Positions 1-12,988 are shown, counted from the stretch's first letter. The stretch: DNA of 64,000 bases from Eledone cirrhosa (GCA_964016885.1 OZ024741.1:127162001-127226000); one strand, 5' to 3'. The notes: generated from the sequence alone by a model not told the origin. Numbers and translations: made by a program.

Positions 1-1156
1 ATCAAAAATATTCTAGTCTATTATTGTAGATAATTTATTTTCTTTCTTTTTTGTCATTTTTTTCTTCTTATTTTCCAAGATATTCCCTCATATATATGCG
101 TGGGTGTGTGGGTGTATTCATATATATATATATATACACATACATACATATATAGATATATATATAATATATATATATTTACACTCATACACACACAAAC
201 ATATACACGTATGTGTGTACCTTTATATATATATATACGTGTATGTGTGTGTTTAGAAATTCCCACATATCTCCGTAGCCCTTCTGTAACGACCACCACA
301 CCTTTGTTGGCATACAATATTTGCTAAACTTTAAATATTTCATTCGATTAATATTTCACAGAATCGATATTACCGTATGAAAGAAAAGCATTTTTATTTC
401 GAAAAAGCCGATAAAAATTTCTGCCAATTCATTTGGCATTTATATCATTCAAAATAACTTTTAAAAAGAAACAAATCAAAGAAGCAAACAAATATAAAAT
501 TAAAATATTTTACATTTCCTTTGTGACGTCATATTTATTATAGACTTCATTGATGTTCTTAATTTTCCTATGACGTCATATGTCCACGAATAGGCTAACA
601 TGGTGTCCCTGCTAAGCTATTTATATTGTGAGTTATACTTGAGTTACGATCATTCCATTAATACTCTTTCTTACCACACACAACTCTATAGTAAACTCTT
701 TCTATCTCATAAAGTATACCAACTAATTACACCCATACACAAGACCACCTAACTCTTTTTTTCATTTCATGATATCATTCAACTACAACGCCATTTTTCA
801 TTGTTCATTTTTGGTGAATAACATCACCTATTTTTCACACCAATCACAACCAATCGTGTAAAAAATAAGGTCTCTTCCTGACGCATGGCGTGTCATGGGC
901 ACTTTAAACTTGGCGGAGCCCATCACTTTTCAGGTCGGAGTGGTACCTTATTTATCCACCTTTAAAAGATAAAATTCACCTGGGTGGGATTTGAACTCAA
1001 AGAACAGAGAACCGGAACAAATTCCGAGCTGTTCTTAAACCCGGACTCAAACAATTCTACTAATTAGCCTCCTAAGCTAACTATGATTATTTCTATTCCG
1101 TTAAATTAATTGCTAGGCTATAAGTTATATATTCTTAGACTAAAACTGTTCAAATA

Positions 1157-1380
1157 CAGGGTGTTTCAAAAAAATCAGATATCATTTAAGATATAGATAT
1201 CATAGAAACTACAAAATCTAAGGCAACGAGACGGAGTAAGCTGTTGTGTAACTGGAATGTTGAGCAGCATAAGATTTATTCCTCAAAATTTGTCATCATT
1301 ATGACACTAACTCACAATATATAGTGGTAGTTTCTGGGACATTTACATCTCAAATAATACCTAATTTTTGGAACACCCTG
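1157..1380. mobile_element. Tc1/mariner-type MITE
   Basis: TIRs cagggtgtttcaaaaaa ... tttttggaacaccctg, with imperfect internal IR extending about 55 bp. Flanked by TA at 1155-56 and 1381-82. Confidence 0.85.
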
Positions 1381-1409
1381 TATATATATATATACGAGTG
1401 TGTGTGTGT

Positions 1410-1695
1410 GTGGTGTTGAACTTCCGTTGGTTACGTCAATGACTGTTCCCGGTCAGGGAATCGGACATGTTCTCACAGCACGTTCCTTCTGTCGTTTCAA
1501 CTGGCAAAAATTATTGAACCTGTAAACCAAGGGAGCCAGCCTTGTCACACACTGTCACGCTGAATTTCCCAGAGAACTTTGTTAATGTTTGAGGGATGCT
1601 CAGCTACTTGTACGTGCACGTTAATTTCACGAGCAAGCACTTCCATTGATTGAATCAACTGGAACACTCATCATCGGAAACGACGGAGGTCCAAT
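1410..1695 (+). mobile_element. SINE 3' body (family 3; gccagccttgtcaca...ctgaatctccc...gttaatttcacgagc)
   Basis: Homologous to 50170-50470(-), 55730-56030 and 59560-60430. Confidence 0.65.
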
Positions 1696-1785
1696 CTGGT
1701 GTATTAAGACACCTCTGTATTTAACTGTAATTTATTTTATTAAAGATTTTCCATACTCCCTTAATCGTCTTTAATCAATTAATGA

Positions 1786-2000
1786 GGACGGTGGATTGGC
1801 AGTATCGGTAGAGCTTCGAACAACATGCTTTGTGGCATATAGTTACGTCCATTTACGTTCTGAGTTCAAACCATACCGAGATTTGCTTTGTCTTTCATCC
1901 TTACGGGGTCGATACAATAAAGTACCAGTCAAGAACTGGTGTCGATATAATCGACTTTCCCCTCCCCATAAATTGTTGGCCTTGTACCTAAATTAGAAAT
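1786..2000 (+). mobile_element. tRNA-derived SINE family 1, long form
   Basis: A-box-like tggcagtatcggtag, B-box-like gagttcaaacc and central ctttcatccttacggggtcgata domain; about 11 copies in the window. Confidence 0.85.
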
Positions 2001-2165
2001 CTTTATAAATCAATTGTCTTGGAATATTAATAGACTAATGGACTTAAGATTGCTTGCACTTGGTCCAAATTAAATTAAGAACTGAATTTACATTAGATAG
2101 AAGCGATTTGGTAGGGTCATTGGAGTTTTGAATTAAAAATGCCCAAGTAATTGTTTCGTGAACAT

Positions 2166-2440
2166 GCATGGCCATATGGTTAGCATACTTGACGTACGAT
2201 CGTAATGTCATCGGTTCGATTTCTGAACAAGCTGCTATGTTGTGTCCTTGAGCAAATCACTTTATTTCACGTTGCTCCAGTACACATAGCTGAGAGAGAG
2301 TACCAGCTGTAGCTGGGGGAGTTAAACCTAAGATAGATCGATGTCCTGTCCAGGAAGAGTCTTGTACTCTCAGACGCTTAGCGCCAAGGAAACCAGGGAT
2401 AAGCACCGGCCTGATGAGCCTTTGACTTAGAATAGATTTA
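2166..2440 (+). mobile_element. tRNA-derived SINE family 2 (CORE-like)
   Basis: tggcc..tggttag A box, ggttcgat B box, ttgtgtccttgagcaa..cacttta CORE-like motif; homologous to 49549-49830. Confidence 0.75.
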
Positions 2441-2929
2441 ACTAACTGTAGCTATTTGATTCTGTTTTCTGAACTCCGAATTTTTATATCCCACCAAGGT
2501 CAAATTTGCATTTCATCATTTCGGGATCGATAGATAAAATACCAATCCATGAGTGGTGGATTGGCAGATGTGTTAAAGATTTGGTCGGGATACATTGCGC
2601 TAGGGTTCCGGCTCTCTGTGTTCTGACTTCAAATTCCGACGCCCCTTGTGACCGGAAAAGCGGTGACACTTTTTCCAGGAGTTCAGACCGGCAGATATTA
2701 TCACCAAAATTCCCTTGATCTAATTTGATGGACGGTTCCTTTAGTTTTCCTTTTACTCTATATTACAATAGTCCTCTACTTATATTCTACTGAATTCAAA
2801 ACCTCACTGCAGCCAACTTGATTCCTTGTCATTTCAAACTACAGAAAAGTAAATAGGGTACATTAATCGAATTCGGTCGTCACAACCATTCACCTATGAA
2901 ATACGATCAGATATCGAATGAATCAAATC

Positions 2930-3240
2930 TGCATCCCGATCATTGTCATCGCTATCACCATCATCATTGTCATCATCATTACAACCATCATTATAATCAT
3001 CATTACCATCAACTACAAAATTATCACTAACAGCATCCCTAACGTAATTATTATTATCATTATTATTATTATTAATATTATTATTATTATTATTAATAAT
3101 TGTTTCTACTTTATTATAATTAATAATAATAATCATTATTATTATTATTATATAATGTTGTCATCGTAGTTATTCCCTTTGTTGTTATAACCTTTATATC
3201 TATTTCTTTCATTGTTGTTATTGTCATTTTATTGTCATTA

Positions 3241-3296
<56 letters not shown>

Positions 3297-3329
3297 CTTC
3301 ATGTTAGCCCTTGTGGCCAATAAAGAAAC

Positions 3330-3387
<58 letters not shown>

Positions 3388-3390
3388 GCT
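2930..3390. repeat. (ATC)n/(ATT)n microsatellite cluster
   Basis: Direct reading. Contains a 30-bp L1/Tx1-like tail (ttagcccttgtggccaataaagaaac) at about 3303-3330. Confidence 0.9.
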
Positions 3391-3601
3391 ATAACATACG
3401 TAATAAATTTGCTTTAATTCCTCAGTGTGTGGAAAGATTGTTCTTGTTATTCGTTTGTTTTTTGTGTGTTCTTTTTTTTAGTTAGATGTTCTTTTAAACT
3501 CAGACCGAACAGATTTAGTTATATCGACAAAATGAGTTAGAGTAATCTTATGCTGTTCTTTGAGCATAAGTGATGTACATTATGTAGTGGATATAAACAA
3601 C

Positions 3602-3884
<283 letters not shown>

Positions 3885-3933
3885 AATATATTATATACAA
3901 TGCTTCAAGCAAACTACGACACTTTATTAACTA

Positions 3934-3987
<54 letters not shown>

Positions 3988-4562
3988 TAAACGGAAAGGA
4001 AAATGCTGACAAATTGTTCACAGTGAAAAATAGTTTAATTAGGAATAACTGAGAATTGGTAATAGTATTGGTTAGTATTCAGTTTTGGTTTTAAGTTTTA
4101 CCGATTGCGCATTTCTAATGCTTTTCAAAAATAATTTTGAGATAGAGCGTCCGTGATGTTTGCTCTGATCTGATTAGTTTTGGGAATTCTACCTGTTTCT
4201 ATGTTAAAAAAGTGGCTCCAGCGGTATTAAAATAAGTTTTGCGCCAATTCGTGTTGCAAAAATTCTTGTGGTCAAAACAACTTTGATTGGTCGGTAGAGG
4301 TCATGTGAATGTTAAAAATTGATTTTGCGCCAAATGTAGGTCTGTGTCGGTTGATTGAGAAGTCACTGAGAAATAAGTCTTTCAAAACAAATATGTGTGT
4401 GTGTGTGTGTAGTAGTAGTAGTAAAGAGGTTCGTTGTTGTGATAATGGTCAGCAGGGATGTGTGTGTGAACCGCAGCCTGTTGACAGTTCAAATGCCTAT
4501 TAAGACAAGTGTGTGTGTAGCAGAGTAATTCGTGGTAAAGGGATGGTCAGTAGGAATGTGTC

Positions 4563-5977
4563 TCCCTAATATGCCACTTTCTGAACAAACCCTACTAGTG
4601 ACGTTCGATGTAGTCAACCTATACTCCAACATCCCCCACAACCTAGGAATAGAAGCTATCCAATTCTGGCTGGATAATTACCACAATGAACTCCCACAAC
4701 GCATCAAAAAAGAATTCGTGATAGAGGGACTCAAATTTATCTTGGAGAACAATTACTTCGTTTTCAATAACAAACCCTACAGGCAGAAATCTGGGACCGC
4801 TATGGGAACGAAAACAGCCCCCACTTATGCCAACCTAGTCATGGGATACATGGAAATCACCCTCTACACTAAAGTCCTAAACAAATTTGGAAACACTCCC
4901 CACTTACACATAGAAAGGAACTGGAAGCGATATCTAGATGACTGCTTCATCCTTTGGCACGAAAACATTGAGAAACTTAAAGAATTTCACACCCTTATAA
5001 ATGGGCTCAACACGAATATTAACTTCACGATGGAATACAGCCATCAAAAACTCCTCTTCCTCGACATCCTCATTAAGATCCATAACAAAATAATAGAAAC
5101 AGACATATACTACAAGCCCACAGACTCCAAGCAATATCTTCCTTTCAACTCTTGCCACCCTAGACACGTTAAAATTAATATTCCCTACAACTTAGCCAAG
5201 AGAATCTGTACTATAGTCTCCAATAAAAACACCTGCTACTTACGGCTACAAGAACTAAAGGACACACTCATAGGCAGGGACTACCCTGCATCACTAATTG
5301 ACAATGGAATCCAACGTGCCCTAAAACTCAGTACCCAGGACCATAGACACCCTTAAGTAAATCAACCGAAACTAAAAGCTCTTCCATACATCTCCACACG
5401 CAACCCCCTCAACAATGAGGCCTTTGACACCATCCTCCAGAACATCCCTGTGTTTAAAAAGGACCATAGAATGAACCAAATCCTACGAGCACACGATATC
5501 ATAAAGAGCAAAAGACAATCTAAGTCAATGAAAAACATCCTAACACATGCCAAAGTACTGCCAACCACAACAACGAAACCCACAGTAAAAAAATGCGATA
5601 GACCCAACTGTGGCATTTGCATCAACCTAATAGAGTGTTCGGAATTCTATTTCAAAGAAGGACAACGTTTTATAGTAAAACACAATTTCACATGCGCATC
5701 AGAAAATCTAATATATGTATTAACTTGCTCAGGTTGTCGAGAACAATACATAGGCCAGACCAAAAACAGCCTCAGCCAACGCATGACTGTCCATAGATCC
5801 CAAATTAAAATACGGGAATACAGAAAAATACCACTGAGTGAACACATTGATACCTGTGCCGCCCAAAATCATCCCAACTTCAGAATCTTTCCCCTCTACA
5901 AATCAAAAGATAATGCCACCCACACCCAGCGCATCAGCAAGGAATCTTACTTTATTAACAAATACGGACCCGTCTAA
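4563..5977 (+). pseudogene. PLE reverse transcriptase + GIY-YIG endonuclease (disrupted near 5356)
   Basis: LVTFDVVNLYSNIP, QKSGTAMGT, WKRYLDD, LLFLDI, YYKPTD, SCHP motifs. Linker KCDRPNCGIC; endonuclease FTCASENLIYVLTCSGCREQYIGQT. Confidence 0.93.
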
Positions 5978-6194
5978 ACACTTCTCCCTAAGACGAACCC
6001 ACAAAATACACACGTCAACATACATACCTACATCAGCATACATCTCTACCCACATATAAACACAATGACATACGTAAACACATGTTCTATGGTGCAACAC
6101 AAATATACACAAATTTGCATACCTTTTCATGTCTATAGATATAAACGTGCCGACACACACACATACATAAACGCACACATGCATTGCACACTGA

Positions 6195-6450
6195 TGGGCA
6201 CATACATATTTGTACACAAGTATTCCAATACGGCAAGGCCTAATGAATTCCCCTTGCAGTACGTACAATCTGGACACACTCCAGATACATATTTGTGCAC
6301 TGGTATACAATTTCTGGACACACTCCAGATACATATTTGTGCACAGGTATACAATTTCTGGACACACTCCAGATACATATTTGTGCACAGGTATTCCAAT
6401 ACGGCAAGGCCTAATGGATTCCCCTTGCAGTACGTACAATCTGGACACAC
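6195..6450 (+). repeat. Tandem 39-bp repeats and an 80-bp duplication in the PLE 3' UTR
   Basis: tctggacacactccagatacatatttgtgcac occurs 3 times; tattccaatacggcaaggcctaatg..tacgtacaatctggacacact occurs twice. Confidence 0.85.
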
Positions 6451-6670
6451 TCACACACACCTTGGTATTATGCCAATACTATATATCATTTCACACCTTT
6501 TATTATTAAGGTTTTTGATATTCTATTGAGAGAATCGATTTTACTGAAAGTATCGAATAATGTACACCATTTTACCAGAAATAAATACTGGTCCACTCAC
6601 ACACACACACACACACACACACACATTCTCACACACACACATACACACGCGTACATTAACATACAAAGAG

Positions 6671-6720
<50 letters not shown>

Positions 6721-6827
6721 TTCCGTATAAGACAAGAGCTGAAAAATATATTTTAACATGTTAAAATATCCCCCACACACTTACAGACACATTCCTACTG
6801 ACCATCCCTCTACCACGAATTACTCTG

Positions 6828-6916
<89 letters not shown>

Positions 6917-7258
6917 TCTTAATAGGCATTTGAACTGTCAACAGGCTGCGGGTCGCACACACATCCCTGCTGACCATTATCACAACAACGAACCTCTTTA
7001 CTACTACTACACACACACACACATATTTGTTTTGAAAGACTTATTTCTCAGTGACTTCTCAATCAACCGACACAAACCTACATTTAGCGCAAAATCAATG
7101 TTTAACATTCACATGACCTCTACCGACCAATCAAAGTTGTTTTGACCACAAGAATTTTTGCAACACGAATTGGAGCCACTTTTTTAACATAAAAACAGGT
7201 AGAATTCCCAAAACTAATTAGATCAGAGCAAACATCACGGACGCTCTATCTCAAAATT

Positions 7259-7296
7259 ATTTTTGAAAAGCATGAGAAATGCGCAACCGGTAAAAC
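7259..7296 (+). ncRNA. Variant minimal hammerhead-like motif in the Neptune pseudo-LTR (U3/A8 core, GCAA for GAAA)
   Basis: ttt TTGAAAA gcat gagaa atgc GCAA ccgg TA aaa. Same motif at about 4095-4135(-) and 17811-17848(+). Confidence 0.5.
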
Positions 7297-7442
7297 TTAA
7301 AACCAAAACTGAATACTAACCAATACTATTACCAATTCTCAGTTATTCCTAATTAAACTATTTTTCACTGTGAACAATTTGTCAGCATTTTCCTTTCCGT
7401 TTACCAGTATATCATAACTCGTGTGTTACACTTCTATTCTTT

Positions 7443-7512
<70 letters not shown>

Positions 7513-7515
<3 letters not shown>

Positions 7516-7933
7516 TTTCTGAATTTGTTTAGCAAGATTCTTTATCTGAAATCGTGTGTTGAAACCGATATTGTTATACTTTGGGAGGGTCATGTTGCCA
7601 ATAAGAAACACACGCACCAGTTGCTTTCACTTCAATTTATTATATATTTATAAATTTACAAATTTATAAATTTCTGGTTGGTTGGTTGGTTCCACAACCA
7701 GATAGTTGTTTATATATAGTCATAGTTATTTCGTCACACACTCTGTGACCTCTTCAGTGACTGGGGATTCCTTTCTTTGAACTATGACTATATATAAACA
7801 ACTATCTGGTTGTGGAACCAACCAACCAACCAGAAATTTATAAATTTGTAAATTTATAAATATATAATAAATTGAAGTGAAGGCAACTGGTGCGTGTGTT
7901 TCTTATTGGCAACATGACCCTCCCAAAGTATAA

Positions 7934-7937
<4 letters not shown>
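7513..7937. mobile_element. Fold-back cassette family A (non-autonomous PLE terminus) in (TA)n
   Basis: Arms 7569-7727 and 7780-7937 are near-perfect inverted repeats. HHR in the spacer; (TA)n on both sides. Confidence 0.85.
7718..7762 (-). ncRNA. Minimal type I hammerhead ribozyme (family A)
   Basis: Minus strand: agtca CTGAAGA g gtcaca gagtg tgtgac GAAA taac TA tgact. Confidence 0.75.
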
Positions 7938-7968
<31 letters not shown>

Positions 7969-8029
7969 CATATATATATAACTAAGAAAATTAGGTTGTT
8001 GTTTTTTTTTAAGAGATGCCCCAGATGAG

Positions 8030-8468
8030 TATAAGGAAAAGAAATTAAAAATGCAACTGAAGTTTTTTAAGAATATTTATTTATTTACTTTACCGGTTTC
8101 ACTATTCTTATGATTTTCAAACGTAAAATTGAGATGGAGATTTTGTGTTTCTGTTGTGGTTTGTCTCGCATCTGGTTCGTGTTCGAAATTTCTTTCCGTT
8201 TAATACAGAAATAGTGGCTCAAATTGCTATTCTTTTTAAAAAATAATTTGGTTGGTTGATGACTGTCACGTGAATAAGTACAATAAATTTCACGCCAGTT
8301 CGTATTCGAAAGTTCTTATTGTATTTGCCTTACGGAAAATGTGGCTCAATGTTTTTAAAACAATTTGAGCCACATTTTTCGTAAATCATAAGAACTGTGA
8401 AACCGATAAAGTAAATGAATGAATATTCTTAAAAGACTTCAGTTGCATTTTCAATTTCTTTTCCTTTA
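8030..8468. mobile_element. Older fold-back cassette with U3-A8 HHR variant
   Basis: 8030-8117 versus 8383-8468 are diverged inverted repeats. Minus 8127-8084: tttacgt TTGAAAA tcat..agt GAAA ccgg TA aagtaaa. Related copy at 54220-54400. Confidence 0.7.
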
Positions 8469-8670
8469 TTTTACAGAAGGTTTTTCAAAGGATTTTGATG
8501 AAAATATTTGAAAAATATTGAGACAAATGTTTGATTATATATGGCTGCTTAGTATACATAGACTTGTGCTTAGAATGCTGTTGTACTCTGTCTCTGAGTG
8601 CAGAAGACATACATACATACATACATACATACATACATACATACATACATACATACATACATACATACAT

Positions 8671-9230
8671 GGTGGCTGCCAACTCGTTTTCGAGTACGGC
8701 CACTACTTTATATCCATGTAGGAGAACCCCTACCGATGTGCTGAACAAGTGTGACTTTTTAGTCCAGCCAGCGACTTCAAAACTCTGGTACAAAGACTAC
8801 ACTTGTGACAATTACTGACACATAGTGCTGGGCCCATGGTACCATGTGACGACAAGTGCAGAGAGATCTCCAGATATAAAGCAATGCCTGTGCCGTGAAG
8901 CTTTTATAGTGAGCAAAGGCACTAAACAAAGTTAGTCCCACTCTCTTAACCAAGATGATATTTACCAAAAAGAAGAACAAGTCAACATCATTGGATACCA
9001 TCAGAGTTGCAAGTGTTATATCAGAGTTTTCTTTCTCCTAGAATTCTGCCTTGACAAAGGCTAAGGGGTCATCTCTCCCGGTGATTTTGGATGGCCATTG
9101 ACTCTTAAGAGCTCCTTTGCCCTTTGACAGGTTTTGTTTTTAGTCCTGCAGGATGTCCAAAGTCACCCTCCTCACCAAGAAACCTTAGTGGGGTTGCCGG
9201 TTTAGTCGCCAACGACCCGACCATTAACCC
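8671..9230 (-). mobile_element. Probable non-autonomous RTE-derived element bounded by (CATA)n
   Basis: (CATA)n tracts on both sides. The minus strand has an RTE-5'UTR-like ctaggagaaagaaaactctga and ends in an (ATGT)n tail. No ORF. Confidence 0.5.
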
Positions 9231-9283
9231 ATACATACATACATACATACATACATACATACATACATACATACATACATACA

Positions 9284-11484
9284 ACTGGTTGAAGAATTTC
9301 ACTTTCTATCGGCAAGATCTCATACGGCTGTTTACAGAAACCATTAAAGGTACACAAGAACTGCCCAGATGGTTATCAACTGCCACTACTCTCCTCATTC
9401 CCCAAAATAGCCAAACCACCCTTGCTAAAAATTACCGCCCAATAGCCTGCCAAAACATCATGTATAAATTATATACTGGGTGCCTTAACCTGTTATTGCA
9501 GGATCACTGTGCTACCAACAACATCATAACACCTGAGCAAGCTGGTGGAAAGAGGGAGGTGTGGGGTTGCATAGATCACCTACTAACTAACAAAATGATT
9601 CAGGAAAAAACAACAAAGAATCGCAGAAACATGACTGTGGTGTGGCTGGACTATCAAAAAGCATTTGATAGTGTACCTCATGGGTGGATTATTAAGGCTT
9701 TACAGTTAGCTAAAGTCCCACAACCATTGGTAGCTGCTGTTGAACACCTGACCAAGAACTGGTACACCAATTTGATCCTTAGAGGTGAGAAGGAGCAAGT
9801 TAAGACTGATAAGGTACATTACCAGAAGGGCATCTTTCAGGGTGATAGCTTGTCAGTGCTACTCTTCGTTCTCTCACTGAATCCACTATCTTACCTACTC
9901 AGGAAACAAGGTGGACAAAGAAGTGGGCCCAGAAGTATCTCCCATCTTTTCTTTGTTGATGACCTGAAGTTGTATGGGCCAAATATCAATGACATCAAGA
10001 AACAATTGGACCTCATTACACAATTTTCAACCGAGATCAAAATGAAATTTGGTGAGTCCAAGTGTGCATATTTGGCAGTAGAACGTGGAAGAGCTGTGCC
10101 CTCCTCTAGAAATCTAGAGATGAACGGCCTGACAATACAACCTCTGCAGTCAGGTGACAACTACAGATATCTTGGACAGGATGAGAATGTCAGATATGAT
10201 GGACCCATAAATAAGGAGAGAACCAGAACTGAATACCTCAGAAGAGTAAAGAAAATATGGTCATCAGAACTGTCAGCATACAACAAATACATTGCCCACA
10301 ATACTTATGCTGTGCCAATTCTAACGCCAACATTTGGCCTGCTGAACTGGTCATTACAAGAACTAAGTGAGATAGATGTTAGAACTCGAAAACTTCTCAG
10401 TGTTACTGGGAACTTTAACATCAATGGTGATGTGGATAGGCTATACTTCTCACGCAAGGAAGGTGGCCGGGGTTTAAAATCAATATTAACAACATATGAG
10501 ACCCGGATAGTAACACTGAAGCAACACCTTCAACAGAGGAAAAAGGTTGGCAACCATCTTGCCCAGGTTTATGAGCATGAAAAAAAAAATATCATTAGAA
10601 TAGCGACTGATCTGGAGGAGAGATATGGAATAAAGCCTGATATAAGTCTCTCACCCAGAGAAATCGGAAGGTCCTATTCAATGTTCAAACAAGATTAAAA
10701 AAATTGACCAATTTACAGAAAAAGTTGTGCATGGAAACTTGAGGCGTAAAACACAGACCATAGAGGGGATAAACCACTCAAAAAGCCTGGCATGGAGTTC
10801 CGACAAGTTTATGACATCACACCTTGAGGGATATCTCTATGCAATACAGGAACAAGAACTCCCTACCAAATATCTGCTGCACAAAAGAGGAGGGCCAGCA
10901 GCTGACAATAAATGTAGGCTATGTAAAACAAAGATCGAGGATGTAAGCCACATTGTTGCCAGCTGCGAAAGAATGTCATCTCGCTACTACCTCCCCATGA
11001 GACACGATGGGATAGCTAGAACCATCTGGAACGCACTTCGGAAAACAAAATTAACAACAAACGAGGAGAAATATATTGAGGCAGATAGCACTAAGGAATA
11101 CTGGTGGAACCTGAAAATAAAAACTGCCACTAAATTAAAGCACAACCGGCCTGATATTGTTGTTTGGGACCACACATTGAAAACGTGTTCTGTTGTGGAG
11201 ATCAGCTGCCCACTTGATGTAAACGTTGTCAGAAAAATACAGGAGGAGGACATCTACGGACCATTGATGAGGAGTTTATAAATCCAGTATCCAAGATACA
11301 CTTTTAGCTTCATACCCATCATTATTGGAGCTACGGGTTATATACCAACCCGCTTGGACTAAAGTATGACTGAACTTGAATTTGCGGACAAAAAGCGCAG
11401 CTCCCTAATTCATAGTGTCTACAAATGGCTGCGATAGCTGGCACCTTCAAAATTTGCAAAACATTCTTGCGATTCAAGGGATGA
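9284..11484 (+). mobile_element. R4/Dong-like non-LTR retrotransposon (RT + zinc knuckle + RLE), 5'-truncated at (TACA)n, disrupted
   Basis: NYRPIAC, WLDYQKAFDSVPH, GIFQGDSLS, HLFFVDDLKL, YRYLG, GGRGL; CRLC..HIVASC, RHD, NRPDIVV..VVEISCP. Confidence 0.93.
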
Positions 11485-11520
11485 CAATTTCTTTTCTTTT
11501 ACAACCTTGCCACCAGGAAG

Positions 11521-12325
11521 GTGGCCGGTCAAAAAAAAATATACTCGAAATTAAGAGAAAGTGACATACATATGCAATCTGTAGAAAAGATAGCCCCGAC
11601 AATAAACATTAAAAGCTACAGCAATGTGGAAGACATCCATATACATAATATGAAAGAGTACTGGTGGAATGTTCCAGTCAAAACCCCAATAAAATACAAA
11701 TATAACAGACCAGATATAATGATATGGGGCAGGGAAAAGAAGGCATGCACAGTAGTGAAAGTTAGCTACCCAGCAGATGCCAATATAATATCAAAGATCA
11801 GCAAAAAGGAGAATATATATGCAGAACTAATGAGAAATATGTTGATACTCCACCCTGACTATACCTTCATATTTATACCTGTGATTATTGGGGTACTGGG
11901 ATATGTTAGTAACTGCCTCAGTACAAATCTCGAGAAGCTGGGCTTCACAGAAACAGAAAGAACACAACTTGCTAGGAAATTACAAGTACAATCAATTAAT
12001 GGAACAGTAAAAATATGTAAAGCCTTCCAAACATTCTGCATCGTATAACTGGATATACATTTGTACAGATACAAAGCGAAGCGTATGCACATGCACACTT
12101 ATAACTCAAAACATACACATCCACACATACAATAACATCCATATATGCACACGCATGCATGCAGACATGCATACATGTCTACATATCTACCTAGTTGATG
12201 TTGTTTAAATTCCAATGATAGAGTCTTGTATCTATGTTAGAAACCGACTCTCTCTCTCTCTCTATTGGTAAAAATTTATAAAATTATAAAACCAGTAGAA
12301 CATACAAACAAACATACATATACAT
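11521..12325 (+). mobile_element. Second R4-like RLE 3' fragment plus 3' UTR
   Basis: EYWWNVPVKT, NRPDIMIW, FIPVIIGVLG, GTVKICKAF; the UTR ends in cata/caaa repeats. Confidence 0.85.
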
Positions 12326-12327
12326 AA

Positions 12328-12387
<60 letters not shown>

Positions 12388-12462
12388 TTAAATATGTATA
12401 TGTAAAAGTATATGTATGTTTGTTTGTATGTTCTACTGGTTCTATGATTTTATAAATTTTAT
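12270..12462. repeat. About 55-bp inverted repeat around a (TA)n tract
   Basis: aaatttataaaattataaaaccagtagaacatacaaacaaacatacatatac versus its reverse complement at 12408-12462. Confidence 0.8.
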
Positions 12463-12681
12463 AATTATATATAGATATTCATATACATATTTGTATATAT
12501 GTATATAAATAAGCATACATATGTATAAATATGCATATGTATTGTATATATAATTATATATATATACATATTTTAGATTGAGCTAATTATCTTACTGGTA
12601 ATCGGGTAATACACAATATTACCCTTATCTTATTTATAATTATATATTTATTATATATATAAGTATAACTATTATTATTAT

Positions 12682-12828
12682 GTGGATTGGCTGTATCAGT
12701 AGAGAGTAGGACTGAGTTCAAATCCCGCCGAGGTTAACTTTGCCTTTCATCCTTACGAGATCGATAAAATAAAGTACCAGTAATGTACTGGGTAATTGCT
12801 GGCCTTGTGCCAAATGTAGAAACAATTA
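12682..12828 (+). mobile_element. SINE family 1, short form, internally deleted
   Basis: gtggattggc..gagttcaaatcccgccgagg..ctggccttgtgccaaa. Confidence 0.8.
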
Positions 12829-12934
12829 TTATATACATATATGTGCATATATATGTGTATTTATATATATGAGTGAATGTGTGCATGCGTGTATGTGTGT
12901 GTATGTATAGGTGTATGTATGTATAATATATGGA

Positions 12935-12988
<54 letters not shown>

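Larger units (their letters stand above)
3984..7410 (+). mobile_element. Penelope-like element, Neptune-type, 5'-truncated, with an inverted pseudo-LTR copy at the 5' end
   Basis: RT and C-terminal GIY-YIG remnants at 4563-5977. 3984-4562 is the reverse complement of 6786-7410. Left end abuts (TA)n. Confidence 0.92.

Noticed and set aside
1786-1880. tRNA genes at A/B-box sequences
   Set aside because: They are SINE heads attached to repeated bodies and tails; no complete cloverleaf.
2385-2425. gaaacc...ctgatgag resembling a permuted hammerhead (also about 49773-49805)
   Set aside because: Part of the SINE family 2 tail; I could not form the three stems.
6270-6400. CRISPR-like regular repeats (also 59560-60360 and 26966-27018)
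   Set aside because: Contiguous tandem units with no unique spacers, in a eukaryotic context with no cas genes.
7513-7937. Fold-backs as pure assembly chimeras
   Set aside because: Arms carry mismatches, and the same asymmetric endpoints recur at independent loci. The near-perfect cases at 22065 and 35288 still need read validation.
9050-9230. HDV-like ribozyme at the 5' end of the RTE-like element (also looked for at the Dong 5' end, 46040-46110)
   Set aside because: Could not assemble the nested double pseudoknot by eye; a descriptor search is needed.
9124-9283. N-terminus of the 524-aa ORF
   Set aside because: Chance read-through from a neighbouring repeat and (TACA)n; RT homology starts near 9284.
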